Source: an uncultured Actinomycetota bacterium
Lineage (GTDB): Bacteria; Actinomycetota; Thermoleophilia; Gaiellales; Gaiellaceae
Direction of reading: 5' to 3'
NCBI GenBank assembly: GCA_963812555.1
Contig: CAWEVP010000004.1
Coordinates: forward strand, 163,736-227,735
DNA: 64,000 bases
The notes below the pieces were generated by a model, which was not told the DNA's origin, searched no databases, and saw only the letters and a list, made by a program, of their open reading frames with translations. Position 1 is the stretch's first letter. The number at the start of each line of letters is the position of its first letter. Position numbers and translations under genes: made by a program. Below are positions 21,825 to 30,558 of this stretch, one piece after another.

Positions 21825-22218
21825 GGCGAGCTCAAGGGCCTCCGCGCGTCCCCGCTGGTTTCCGCCGCCGGAAATGCCCCGGTGTCTCGAACGGCCCCAT
21901 GGATCGGGCCATGTCTCCGGTAGGGCACGCAGGAGCGACCCCTCGCGCCTAGCGGCCTTTGGGGCGGCCGGCCCAAGCGTCGATTCCCCGCGGCTCCGAG
22001 CTTCCAGGCCGCATTGGCCCAGCGCTCGCGACGATCGAGGCAGCGCCCCAAGCGTAATCGGCGTGAGCCACCGAACCTCGCCAATTTCGGCGAGTTCTCC
22101 CTCTTTGGCACCAAGTTGGCACACGTTTCAACCCGGTGTCTGACCCCGGGGGTACGCGTTCGAACCCGAACCGGGGCCGTGCTTTGCAACCTGCAAGACA
22201 CGTCCAGTGAAGGCGGCG

Positions 22219-22250
22219 GTTGGGGGTGCGGCACGCGCCGCACCCCCAAC
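22219..22250 (-). terminator. perfect 14-bp GC-rich hairpin downstream of usp
   Basis: GTTGGGGGTGCGGC-acgc-GCCGCACCCCCAAC lies 9 nt beyond the usp stop. There is no clear U-tract. Confidence 0.6.
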
Positions 22251-22258
22251 AACTGCCG

Positions 22259-22912
22259 TCAGCCGAACGCGATCGGCACGTCGCGTGCCAGGACGAGCAC
22301 CGGGCAGCGGACGAGATCGATCAGGTACTGCGCCGCGGCGCTGAGCCTGACCGTGCCCGTTGGCGTCCCCAGCTTCGAGCCGAGGACGACGAGCCCGACA
22401 TCCCCCGTGTACTTCGTTGCGATCGCCGACCCGAACTTCGTCGCGATCGCCTGGCCGGTCGCCGATGCGGCCGGGTCCTCGTCGCCGTTCACTGCTGCGA
22501 CAGTGGCGATCGGAGCGTCCGCGAGGAAGCGCATCTCGGACGACGCGATCGCAATCGCGACCGGGCCGCCGTCGAGCAGTGCGCGTGCGGACGTACCCGG
22601 GTCGACGTGACCCGGGGTCGTCCGGTACTCGGAGCCGAACACGATCACATCGGCGCCTTCCTTGGCGGCGAGCTCGCGGAGCCCCTCGGGCGTAGAGCCG
22701 CTGACCACGACATGCCGCGGCACGTCGGGCTGGTCGAGCCAGCGCGCGCCGCCCTCGAGCAGCCGCTCTGCCTCGGTCTCGCCCAGTCGCTGGTCGTGCC
22801 GGACGTAGGCGAGCGACAGCGTGCCCCCGGCCTTGGCCAGCAGGCGGCCGAGCGCAAGCGCGTCGTCGTCGGCCGCCGTGCCGTCGTAGGAGACGATGAT
22901 CTTCGCCGGCAT
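22259..22912 (-). CDS. universal stress protein (tandem Usp domains)
   Basis: IIVSYDGTAADDDALALG...EGADVIVFGS...PVLVLA Usp-like motifs, 217 aa. Confidence 0.8.
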   Translation of the reverse strand: MPAKIIVSYDGTAADDDALALGRLLAKAGGTLSLAYVRHDQRLGETEAERLLEGGARWLDQPDVPRHVVVSGSTPEGLRELAAKEGADVIVFGSEYRTTPGHVDPGTSARALLDGGPVAIAIASSEMRFLADAPIATVAAVNGDEDPAASATGQAIATKFGSAIATKYTGDVGLVVLGSKLGTPTGTVRLSAAAQYLIDLVRCPVLVLARDVPIAFG

Positions 22913-22915
22913 GTT

Positions 22916-24364
22916 CTAGGCCGGAACGGGCCCGGTCCCTCCTGCCGGAGCCGGTGGTGGAGTAGCCGTCATCGACGTTGCGGTCAGCCCCGGGATCCCG
23001 CCGGCATAGCCGAGCGAGGGAATGTCCGAAGGGTAGACCTCGTGGCCGTGGACGGCGACATCGCCGATCTCCATGTCCTCGTCGCTCATTCGCAGCGGGA
23101 TCACGAGCCCGACGAGCTTGAGGATGATGAACGTGGCGATCGCGGTGAAGCAGATCACCCACATGGCGACGTAGAACTGCACCCACAGGAGATGCAGGCT
23201 TCCCGTCCCCGAGAACCATGGAGTTCCGTCCGGATTGAGATAGACCGCGATGTGGGAGTCGGCGAACACACCGACGAGAAGACCGCCGGCGAGACCCGCG
23301 AATCCGTGCGTGTAGACCACGCCAAGCGTGTCGTCGACGTTCCGGAACGGGCGGAGCCTGCTCACGTAGTTGTAGGCGACATAGACGATCGACGAGGCGA
23401 TCACGCCGATTGCGATCGCGCCGTAGCCGTTCACGAACCCGGCCGACGGCGTGATTGCCACGAGCCCGACGATCATGCCGTTGACCGTCCCCAGCAGCGA
23501 GGGCTTGCGGCCGGTCATGTAGTCCCAGGCAACCCAGACGAGGAGCGCGACTGCGGTGCACAGGTTCGTGTTCAGCACGGCCGAGGCCGCGTCGGCGCCC
23601 GCGTAATAGGGATCGCCGCCGTTGAAGCCGTTCCAGCCGAGCCACAGGAACCCGGCCCCGGTAGCGACCATCAGCAGGTTGTTCGGAGCGTCGATCTCGC
23701 GATCACGCGCAAGTCGCGGCCCGATCACCCAGGCCGCGACGAAGCCCGCCACGCCTGCGGTCAAGTGGATCACGTAGCCGCCCGAGAAGTCGAGGGCGCC
23801 CTTGTGCGCGAACCAGCCGCCGCCCCAGATCAGGAAGGCGTTGACGACGTACACACCGCTGATCCAGAGCGGCACGAACACCAGCCAGGCCTTGAAGTTG
23901 ATCCGGCCGAGCACCGATCCGAGCATCAGCAGCGGCGTGATCGCCGCGAAGACGAACTGGAAGTAGACGAGCGATGACTGCGGGAAATGCCACGGTGGGC
24001 CGCCCACGAGCGGGATGTTGGCCTGACCCTGCTCCTTCGCGTGGTCGAGGACGGGGCCCGGCTGCCCGATGAAGTTCCCGAACATGCCGTGGATGAAGCC
24101 ACCCGACCCGTTGGATATTCCATGCCACGGGTTCCCGAACCCCATGTCGAATGCGTAGAGCACCCAGACGATGAGGACGGCAGCGAAGGCGGTGAAGGCG
24201 AGCATCATGCTGTTCACCGACCAGCGCTTCTGCATCACGCCGCCGTAGAGAACGACGAGGCCTGGGACGCTCATCAACCCGACGAGGGTCGCGGCGGTGA
24301 GCTGCCAGGCGTTGTCGCCCGGGTTGAGCCAACTTGGGTACGGAAGCACGGTCGATGCGATCAA
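22916..24364 (-). CDS. amt: ammonium transporter
   Basis: 482-aa polytopic ORF with Amt/MEP signatures (DFSGGYVIHLTAGVAGFV, VHGFAGLAGGLLVGVFAD). TTG start with AAGGAG 7 nt upstream. Confidence 0.92.
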   Translation of the reverse strand: MIASTVLPYPSWLNPGDNAWQLTAATLVGLMSVPGLVVLYGGVMQKRWSVNSMMLAFTAFAAVLIVWVLYAFDMGFGNPWHGISNGSGGFIHGMFGNFIGQPGPVLDHAKEQGQANIPLVGGPPWHFPQSSLVYFQFVFAAITPLLMLGSVLGRINFKAWLVFVPLWISGVYVVNAFLIWGGGWFAHKGALDFSGGYVIHLTAGVAGFVAAWVIGPRLARDREIDAPNNLLMVATGAGFLWLGWNGFNGGDPYYAGADAASAVLNTNLCTAVALLVWVAWDYMTGRKPSLLGTVNGMIVGLVAITPSAGFVNGYGAIAIGVIASSIVYVAYNYVSRLRPFRNVDDTLGVVYTHGFAGLAGGLLVGVFADSHIAVYLNPDGTPWFSGTGSLHLLWVQFYVAMWVICFTAIATFIILKLVGLVIPLRMSDEDMEIGDVAVHGHEVYPSDIPSLGYAGGIPGLTATSMTATPPPAPAGGTGPVPA

Positions 24365-24379
24365 GCTGATCTCCTTTCT

Positions 24380-24399
24380 CCGACAAATCGATTTGCCGG
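24380..24399. promoter_or_regulatory. near-perfect 20-bp palindrome upstream of amt (core CAAATCGATTTG)
   Basis: CCGACAAATCGATTTGCCGG lies ~16-35 nt upstream of the amt start codon, between the upstream terminator and the SD. Confidence 0.4.
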
Positions 24400-24421
24400 G
24401 TCAGGAGCCGCTAGAACGATC

Positions 24422-24468
24422 GGGAAAAAGGAAAAGGCCCCAAGACCCCGCAGAGACAGGTCTTGTGG
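24422..24468 (-). terminator. intrinsic terminator after the cysO-like gene
   Basis: On the minus strand, the hairpin CCACAAGACC-tgtctctgcg-GGGTCTTGGGG is followed by CCTTTTCCTTTTTCCC. Confidence 0.7.
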
Positions 24469-24528
24469 CGGCGTTGCCTGCGTCAGGTCGACAACGACAC
24501 TGACCGGCGGGACTCTAGCGAGGTTGTC

Positions 24529-24819
24529 TCAACGGAGCAACTGACAACCGCAGCCGCCGGCCACCGCAGGCAGGAGGATCAGGGTTGCGCCGTCGGCGAC
24601 CTCCGCGTCGAGGCCGCCGAGCAGCCGCACGTCGGAGCCGTCGACGAAGACGTTCAGGAACTGCGGCAGGTCATCCCCGTCGAACAGGCGATCACGCAGC
24701 GCGGGGTAGGTCCCGACGAGCGCTTCGAGGACTTCGCGGGCCGTCGAGCCGGGCACTTCGAGCTGGCGATTGTTGCCGGCCTCGGGCCGGAGGATGGGCG
24801 GGATCCGGACAGTTGCCAT
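24529..24819 (-). CDS. CysO/MoaD/ThiS-family sulfur-carrier protein with a 7-residue extension after the Gly-Gly motif
   Basis: 96 aa: MATVRIPPILRP...FLNVFVDGSDVRLLGGLDAEVADGATLILLPAVAGG-CGCQLLR*. By recollection it closely resembles mycobacterial CysO (...ILPAVAGG*). Confidence 0.8.
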   Translation of the reverse strand: MATVRIPPILRPEAGNNRQLEVPGSTAREVLEALVGTYPALRDRLFDGDDLPQFLNVFVDGSDVRLLGGLDAEVADGATLILLPAVAGGCGCQLLR

Positions 24820-24830
24820 CTTCCGAAACC

Positions 24831-26193
24831 CTACACAGCAGGTCCGCTCGCTCCGACCGGCTTGGGGGCGGGGACCGGCTCGGGGCGGAGCTCGTCGATC
24901 TGGTCGATCTGCGCGAGGGCAGGAAACACCCATTTCCAGATCGCCGCAAGCGCGACCGTGAGCGCCCCGCCCGCGACCACCGCCGGCACCGCGCCGAGGA
25001 GCGCCGCGGCGGCTCCCGACTCGAAGGCGCCGAGCTCGTTCGACGCGCTGATGAACACCATCTCCACCGCAACCACCCGCCCGCGAACCTCGTTCGGCGG
25101 CGCGACGACGGCGATCGTGCTGCGGATGTTGACGCTGATCATGTCCACGAAGCCCGCGACCGCAAGTGCGACGAGCGAGAGCGGGAAGGAGTGCGAGAGC
25201 CCGAAGACGATGGTCGCGATCCCGAACGCCGCGACCACGATCAGGAGGGTCTGGCCTGTGTGGCCCCGGAGCGGGCGACGCGTGATCATGATCCCCGCCG
25301 CGAGTGCTCCGACGGCCGGTGCGCTGCGCAGGATCCCGAGGCCGAGCGGTCCGGTGTGGAGGATCGTGCGCGCGAAGAGCGGCAGCAGCGCGACAGCGCC
25401 GCCAAAGAGCACGGCGAACAGATCGAGGGTGATCGCGCCGAGCATGACGGGCGTCTCGCGGATGAAGCGGATCCCCGCGAGCACGCTCGCGATCCCGGGC
25501 GTCTCGCGTGCGAAGGACGCCTCCTCCGAGGTCTCTCGGATCCCCAGCACCGCCACCGCGCTGAGGATGAGGAGCCCGGCCGCGACGCCGTAGACGACCT
25601 GGGCGTCGATGCTGAAGAGGAGGCCGCCGAGCGCCGGCCCGGCCACCGTTCCGCTCTGGAAGGCGATCGAGCGGAGCGCGAGCGCGCTCGGCAGCAGCTC
25701 GGCCGAGACGAGCGACGGGCCCGAGCGCGCGGGCCGGCGGTCCCGACAGGGCGGAGGCAACGCCGTTGCCGCCCGAGAGCGCGAGAAACGGCCAGAGCTG
25801 GGAGGCGCCGTGAATGGTGATCACGAGCAGGAGCAGCGTCACCGCGGCGGAGAGCCCGAGCGCCGCTGCGTAGAGCCCGCGGCGCGACACCCGATCGGAG
25901 AGCTGGCCGACGGGAAGCGCGAGCAGGAGGAGCGGGACGAACTCGCACAGGCCGATCAGTCCCAGGTCGAACGCGGAGTGATGGATCCCGTAGACCTGCC
26001 AGCCGATCGCGACGGCGACCATATTGGCGCCGAAGCTGCTTGTCAGCAGCGAGCTCCAGAGCAGGAAGTAGTCCTTGCCCTGAATCGCAGGCGGGAGCCG
26101 GTAGCGGAGGCGGCGAACGCCGGAGACGGTCGTGCTCAGCGCGCGTGCCCGCGTCTGGGCGCGGTTTGAGCGAGCGCCTGCATCACACCCCAT
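24831..26193 (-). pseudogene. MFS transporter (EntS/MFS_3-like), one frame break as sequenced
   Basis: N-terminal TM region (DYFLLWSSLLTSSFGANMVAVAIGWQVYG...) is in one frame and the C-terminal ~300 aa (SLVSAELLPSALALRSIAFQ...) in the next. The break is near 25716. The 5' start is uncertain. Confidence 0.75.
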
Positions 26194-26245
26194 TATCGCC
26201 GATGGGCGCCGCCTCTCCGGGGAGGAGCGGCGCCCATCGTGCGGT

Positions 26246-26821
26246 TCAGCCCTCGGGCTCGTCCTCGGCGAGGATGCGGTAGAGGGCCCGCCGTGCGTCG
26301 GCCAGTACCTTTGCGGCCTCTGCGCGCTGGGTCTCGGTGCCGTGGTGGACGACCTGCTTGCCCGCCATTGCGACCTGCATCATCAGGTGGGCGACCTCAC
26401 GGACGCCGTCGGGCATGCCCTCTCCGGCCTGCTGCCAGGGACTGCCGAGCTGCTCCCGGTTCTCTTCGACGTAGGCCTTGCCCGCGTCGGTGAGCTCGAA
26501 GACGTTGCCGCCGTCGCGCGTCTCGCCGCGGATCAGTCCCTCGTCGGCGAGCAGCTGGAAGGCGGGATAGACCGATCCCGGGCTCGGACGCCAGGCGCCC
26601 TCGCTCCGCTGCTCGATCTCCTGCATCACCTGGTAGCCGTTGCGGGGCTCCTCTTCGACGAGGAGCAGGATCGCAGCCCGGACGTTGCCGCGGCGCATGC
26701 GACGGCCGCGTGGGCCGCCCATCCCGCCGGGCCCGCCCCGGTCGCGCATGAAGAACATTCCGCCGGGGCCGCCCCTGAAACCACCGGGGCCAAAGCCGCC
26801 GCCGAAGCCTTCTCCACTCAT
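26246..26821 (-). CDS. PadR-family transcriptional regulator with Gly-rich N-terminal extension
   Basis: LLLVEEEPRNGYQVMQEIEQRSEGAWRPSPGSVYPAFQLLADEGLI winged-helix PadR signature. The start was chosen at MSGEGFGGG. Confidence 0.85.
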   Translation of the reverse strand: MSGEGFGGGFGPGGFRGGPGGMFFMRDRGGPGGMGGPRGRRMRRGNVRAAILLLVEEEPRNGYQVMQEIEQRSEGAWRPSPGSVYPAFQLLADEGLIRGETRDGGNVFELTDAGKAYVEENREQLGSPWQQAGEGMPDGVREVAHLMMQVAMAGKQVVHHGTETQRAEAAKVLADARRALYRILAEDEPEG

Positions 26822-26849
26822 GAATACTCTGTCTCGTTTGTGCATGTCA

Positions 26850-26920
26850 CGATATATAGCCGATATATCGGAAGCTGTCAAGACACGGTCTGTGGGAAGT
26901 CGAGACACGGTCTGTGGGAA
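26850..26920. promoter_or_regulatory. candidate operator region: CGATATAT x2 plus a 2 x 22-bp direct repeat
   Basis: CGATATATAGCCGATATATCGG at 26850-26871. GTC(A/G)AGACACGGTCTGTGGGAA at 26877-26898 and 26899-26920, each containing AGAC-acg-GTCT. AT-rich spacer between divergent padR and ORF 26989. Confidence 0.45.
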
Positions 26921-26988
26921 CACGTCTGCCGGGCGAAGCGTCGGCGGCGCGGCCCGTCATCCGGGTGACGGATCACTAGAGTCGGGTC

Positions 26989-27291
26989 GTGCCGCTCGAG
27001 GGTCACGCAGAGCGCGTCAACACGCCGCTTCGGCCGCGGGACCGCCACCTGCTCGTGGCGCTCGCGCTCATCACGCTGGTCGCGGTCGTCGCGGGCTCGG
27101 TGTACGCGGTCGCACGACCCTCCGCTTCGGGCGCCCGTTGTATGTCGTTCACCGTCCCCGCTTCGATGGGCGGTGCGGCCGTTCGCGAATGCGATACGGC
27201 CGCCAGGCACTACTGCCGCGTCAACGCGAGCGTGCCGCAGGCCGTCGAGGCCTGCACCGGCGCCGGGTTCGCAGTCGGGGCGAAGCCCTGA
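26989..27291 (+). CDS. hypothetical small membrane-anchored protein (100 aa, one TM, 4 Cys)
   Basis: ORF with the hydrophobic segment LLVALALITLVAVVAGSVYAV. No family was recognised. Coding status is uncertain in GC-rich DNA. Confidence 0.35.
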   Translation: MPLEGHAERVNTPLRPRDRHLLVALALITLVAVVAGSVYAVARPSASGARCMSFTVPASMGGAAVRECDTAARHYCRVNASVPQAVEACTGAGFAVGAKP

Positions 27292-27354
27292 CCTCCGTAT
27301 CCTTGCCGAGATGGGACTGACCCCGATGAGATTTGCCCGCACGCGAGTGACGCA

Positions 27355-29253
27355 GTGAAGGTCGTCCTCCCGGACGGCAAGGAGCTCGAGCTCGCCGACG
27401 GCTCCACGGGGCTCGATGCGGCGCGTGCGATCGGCCCGAAGCTCGCCGAGCAGGCCGTGCTCGTACGCTCGAACGGCTCGCTCCAGGACGTGCGGGCGCC
27501 GCTCGTCGACGGCCAGCCGATCCAGTTCCTGACGACGCGCGACATCGACGATCCCGACGCGCTCTACGTGCTTCGCCACTCGAGCGCCCACGTGCTGGCC
27601 GAGGCCGTTCGCCGCCTCTATCCGGGAGTCAAGATCGCGATCGGCCCGCCGATCGAGAACGGCTTCTACTACGACTTCGAGTTCCCGGAGCCGATCGCCG
27701 ACGCAGACCTCGAGCGGATCGAAGAGGAGGTCCGTACGCTCCTCGCCGAAGGCCGAAGCTGGTCGCGCGAGGAGATCTCGCGCGACGAGGCTCGCAGCAG
27801 GTTCGAGGCCGAGGGCGAGCCGTACAAGGTAGAGCTCGTCGACACCGCCGAAGGCGAGATCTCGCTCTATACCCAGTCGCATGACGGCGCGGCCGCCTTC
27901 ACCGATCTCTGCCGGGGCCCGCACCTGCAGGACTCGGGCCCGATCAAGGCGTTCAAGCTCACGGGGTTGGCCGGCGCCTACTGGCGCGGGGACGAGAAGA
28001 ACACGCAGCTGACCCGGATCTACGGGACGGCGTTCTTCCGCGAGGCCGACCTGAGCGCCTACCTCGAGCGGCTCGAGGAGGCACGCAAGCGCGACCACCG
28101 CCGCCTCGGCAGGCAGCTCGACCTGTTCCACTTCTCCGACGTCTCGCCGGGCTCGCCGTTCTGGCACCCGAAGGGGATGGCGATCTGGAACGTCCTCGAG
28201 GATCTCCGCCGCGCCGAGAACCTCGCCCGGGGCTACGTCGAGGTACGGACGCCGCTCATCTACGACAAGGAGCTCTGGGTCACCTCGGGGCACTGGGAGA
28301 AGTACCGCGAGCACATGTTCACCTTCGAGTCGGAGCATCGGGTATTCGGGCTGAAGCCGATGAACTGCCCGGGCCACTGTGTCGTCTATTCCGACGGCGC
28401 CTACAGCTACCGGGAGCTGCCGCTCCGGATGGCCGAGGCAGGCGTGCTGCACCGAGACGAGCTGACGGGCGCGCTCCACGGCCTCCTGCGCGTCCGGATG
28501 TTCTCGCAGGACGACGCGCACATCTTCTGCACGCCGGAGCAGATCGAGGCGGAGGTGATCGGCTGCCTCGAGTTCGGCTACTCGATCTACGACCGGCTCG
28601 GGCTCGAGATCAAGGTCGAGCTCTCGACCCGGCCCGAGAACAAGATCGGCACCGACGAGGAGTGGGACGCGGCCGAGGCCGCGCTCGCCTCGGCGCTCGA
28701 GCATCGAGGCATCGAGTACTCGGTCAACGCCGGCGACGGTGCCTTCTACGGGCCGAAGATCGACCTGCACATGCTCGACTCGCTCGACCGGTCGTGGCAG
28801 ATCGGGACGGTGCAGCTCGACTTCCAGATGCCTCAGCGCTTCGACCTCCACTACCAGGGGGCCGACAACGCCGAGCACACGCCGGTCATGATCCACCGGG
28901 CGCTGATCGGCTCGTTCGAGCGCTTCATCGGGATCCTGATCGAGCACTTCGCCGGTGCGTTCCCGTTCTGGCTCGCCCCGGTGCAGGCTCGGATCATCCC
29001 CGTGGGGCTCGACCATCACGACCCGGCACACGCGCTCGCGAAGGAGCTCGCCGGCTACCGGGTCGAGGTCGACGACTCCGACGAGACGGTGGGGAAGCGC
29101 ATCCGCAACGCGGAGCTCGCCAAGATCCCGTTCGTGATCGTCTACGGCGACAAGGAGAGCGACGCGGCCCTGGCCGTCCGCGAGCACGGCGGCGGGCAGT
29201 CGACGAAGTCCCTGGACGAGCTACGCGCGCAATTCGGTACGCTTTCGGCCTGA
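27355..29253 (+). CDS. thrS: threonyl-tRNA synthetase
   Basis: 632-aa intact ORF with a GTG start. It has a TGS domain start (VVLPDGKELEL), HSSAHVLAEA editing motif, class II core (FHPKGMAIWN, MNCPGH, RDELTGALHGLLRVRMFSQDDAHIF) and an anticodon-binding C-terminus. Confidence 0.95.
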   Translation: MKVVLPDGKELELADGSTGLDAARAIGPKLAEQAVLVRSNGSLQDVRAPLVDGQPIQFLTTRDIDDPDALYVLRHSSAHVLAEAVRRLYPGVKIAIGPPIENGFYYDFEFPEPIADADLERIEEEVRTLLAEGRSWSREEISRDEARSRFEAEGEPYKVELVDTAEGEISLYTQSHDGAAAFTDLCRGPHLQDSGPIKAFKLTGLAGAYWRGDEKNTQLTRIYGTAFFREADLSAYLERLEEARKRDHRRLGRQLDLFHFSDVSPGSPFWHPKGMAIWNVLEDLRRAENLARGYVEVRTPLIYDKELWVTSGHWEKYREHMFTFESEHRVFGLKPMNCPGHCVVYSDGAYSYRELPLRMAEAGVLHRDELTGALHGLLRVRMFSQDDAHIFCTPEQIEAEVIGCLEFGYSIYDRLGLEIKVELSTRPENKIGTDEEWDAAEAALASALEHRGIEYSVNAGDGAFYGPKIDLHMLDSLDRSWQIGTVQLDFQMPQRFDLHYQGADNAEHTPVMIHRALIGSFERFIGILIEHFAGAFPFWLAPVQARIIPVGLDHHDPAHALAKELAGYRVEVDDSDETVGKRIRNAELAKIPFVIVYGDKESDAALAVREHGGGQSTKSLDELRAQFGTLSA

Positions 29254-29416
29254 CAAGTAGGGGCGAAACTGTCTCTCACCTCCCGGACGCGCTCACGAGC
29301 GCGGCCTTGGGGGTTCAACCGAAGCGGTTGAGAACGGTGCTTGCGCCTGCCTGTCAGCGATTTTCTCGCACGCTTACGGAGATACAGGAGGCACTTACGA
29401 GCTTGGTACGGGACAT

Positions 29417-29976
29417 TTGAGGCCGCGGCGAGGCTCATGGGAGCTGCCGCGCCGGCCGGAGCCGCAGGCGCGGGTGAACGACGCGATTCGCGCTCGCCCG
29501 GGTGCGGTTGATCGGCGAGGAAGGGCAGCAGCTCGGCATCAAGCAGACCGACGAGGCGCGCACGTATGCCTACGGCAAGGGGCTCGATCTCGTCGAGGTC
29601 GCGGCTCAGGCCGATCCACCGGTCGCGAAGGTGATGGATTACGGCAAGTACCGCTACGAGCTCGAGCAGAAAGCCAAGCAGGCCCGCAAGAACCAGACGC
29701 AGATCCACGTCAAGGAGATCAAGCTCAGACCCAAGATCGGAATCCACGATTACGAGACCAAGCGAGGCCATGTCGTCCGCTTCCTGAATCAGCGGGCGAA
29801 GGTCAAGGTTACGATCATGTTCCGGGGCCGCGAGCGCGAGCATCCGGATCGCGGGCGTGACCTGCTCATGCGGCTTGCCGACGATGTGAAGGAGCTGGGG
29901 ATGATCGAGACCCAGCCGCTCCTGGAAGGCCGCAACATGACGATGGTTCTGGCGCCGACGAAGAACGCAGGGGTGA
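29417..29976 (+). pseudogene. infC: translation initiation factor IF-3, frame broken near the 5' end and natural stop apparently lost
   Basis: VNDAIRARP | VRLIGEEGQQLGIKQTDEA...VAKVMDYGKYRYE...IKLRPKIGIHDYETK, with the break near 29495. As sequenced, the ORF runs on to 30119 through rpmI. TGA 29974-29976 in the next frame, 6 nt before the rpmI ATG, is the likely real stop. The start codon is uncertain. Confidence 0.8.
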
Positions 29977-29982
29977 AGAAAG

Positions 29983-30180
29983 ATGCCGAAACAGAAGACG
30001 AACTCGGGAGCGAAGAAGAAGTTCAAGATGACGGCAACGGGGAAGCTCCTGCGTCGGAGGGCGGGCCAGAGCCACAACCTGGAGCACAAGTCGCCGAAGC
30101 TGAAGCGGGCGTTTCGTAAGGCCCAGCCGGTCGCGGCCGCGAACGTCAAGACGGTCAAGAAGCTCCTCGGGAAAGGGTAG
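29983..30180 (+). CDS. rpmI: 50S ribosomal protein L35
   Basis: [28 protein letters not shown]..., 65 aa, in the canonical infC-rpmI-rplT order. Confidence 0.93.
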   Translation: MPKQKTNSGAKKKFKMTATGKLLRRRAGQSHNLEHKSPKLKRAFRKAQPVAAANVKTVKKLLGKG

Positions 30181-30183
30181 GGA

Positions 30184-30543
30184 ATGGCCCGCGTCAAGCG
30201 ATCTCTCCACGCCCGCAAGAAGCGGCGCAAGGTCCTCGAGCAGGCGAAGGGGTACTGGGGCCTCAAGAGCACCAACTACACCTACGCAAAGGAGCAGGTC
30301 GAGCACTCGCTCACCTATGCCTACCGCGACCGCAAGAACAAGAAGCGGATGTTCCGGCGGCTCTGGATCACCCGTATCAATGCCGGCGCGCGGGCCCACG
30401 GGCTCTCCTACAACCAGTTCATCTCGGGGCTCAAGGCCGCCGAGGTGGAGCTCGACCGCAAGGTGCTCGCCGATCTTGCGGTCAGCGACCCGGGTGAGTT
30501 CGGCAAGCTCGCCGAGCAGGCGAAAGCCGCACTCGCGAAATAG
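30184..30543 (+). CDS. rplT: 50S ribosomal protein L20
   Basis: [26 protein letters not shown]...[10 protein letters not shown] signature, 119 aa. Confidence 0.95.
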   Translation: MARVKRSLHARKKRRKVLEQAKGYWGLKSTNYTYAKEQVEHSLTYAYRDRKNKKRMFRRLWITRINAGARAHGLSYNQFISGLKAAEVELDRKVLADLAVSDPGEFGKLAEQAKAALAK

Positions 30544-30558
30544 GGGCGGCCCGCCGCG

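Noticed and set aside
22140-22175. GTTCGAACCCG motif suggesting a tRNA T-loop
   Set aside because: The flanks cannot form a T-stem or acceptor stem, and no cloverleaf could be drawn.
22128-23977. Large ORFs 22128..23645 (minus strand) and 22220..23977 (plus strand) overlapping usp and amt
   Set aside because: Low-complexity Arg/Gly/Asp translations. The same DNA encodes clear Usp and Amt proteins in other frames.
26878-29187. Very long antisense ORF (769 aa) opposite thrS. Similar ones lie opposite ilvB/ilvC/hom (315..1583, 1912..3408, 2957..4588), the E2 gene (39416..41290) and lpdA (43754..44905), and in an alternative same-strand frame of gltB (53493..56399).
   Set aside because: The translations are Arg/Pro/Gly/Asp-rich low-complexity sequence, typical of stop-poor off-frames in high-GC DNA. 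The overlapping frames carry unmistakable conserved proteins.
29254-29416. thrS-infC spacer as an L20-leader-type ribosomal regulatory RNA
   Set aside because: Some small hairpins exist, but I could not match any remembered consensus. Indel errors nearby make structure arguments unreliable.
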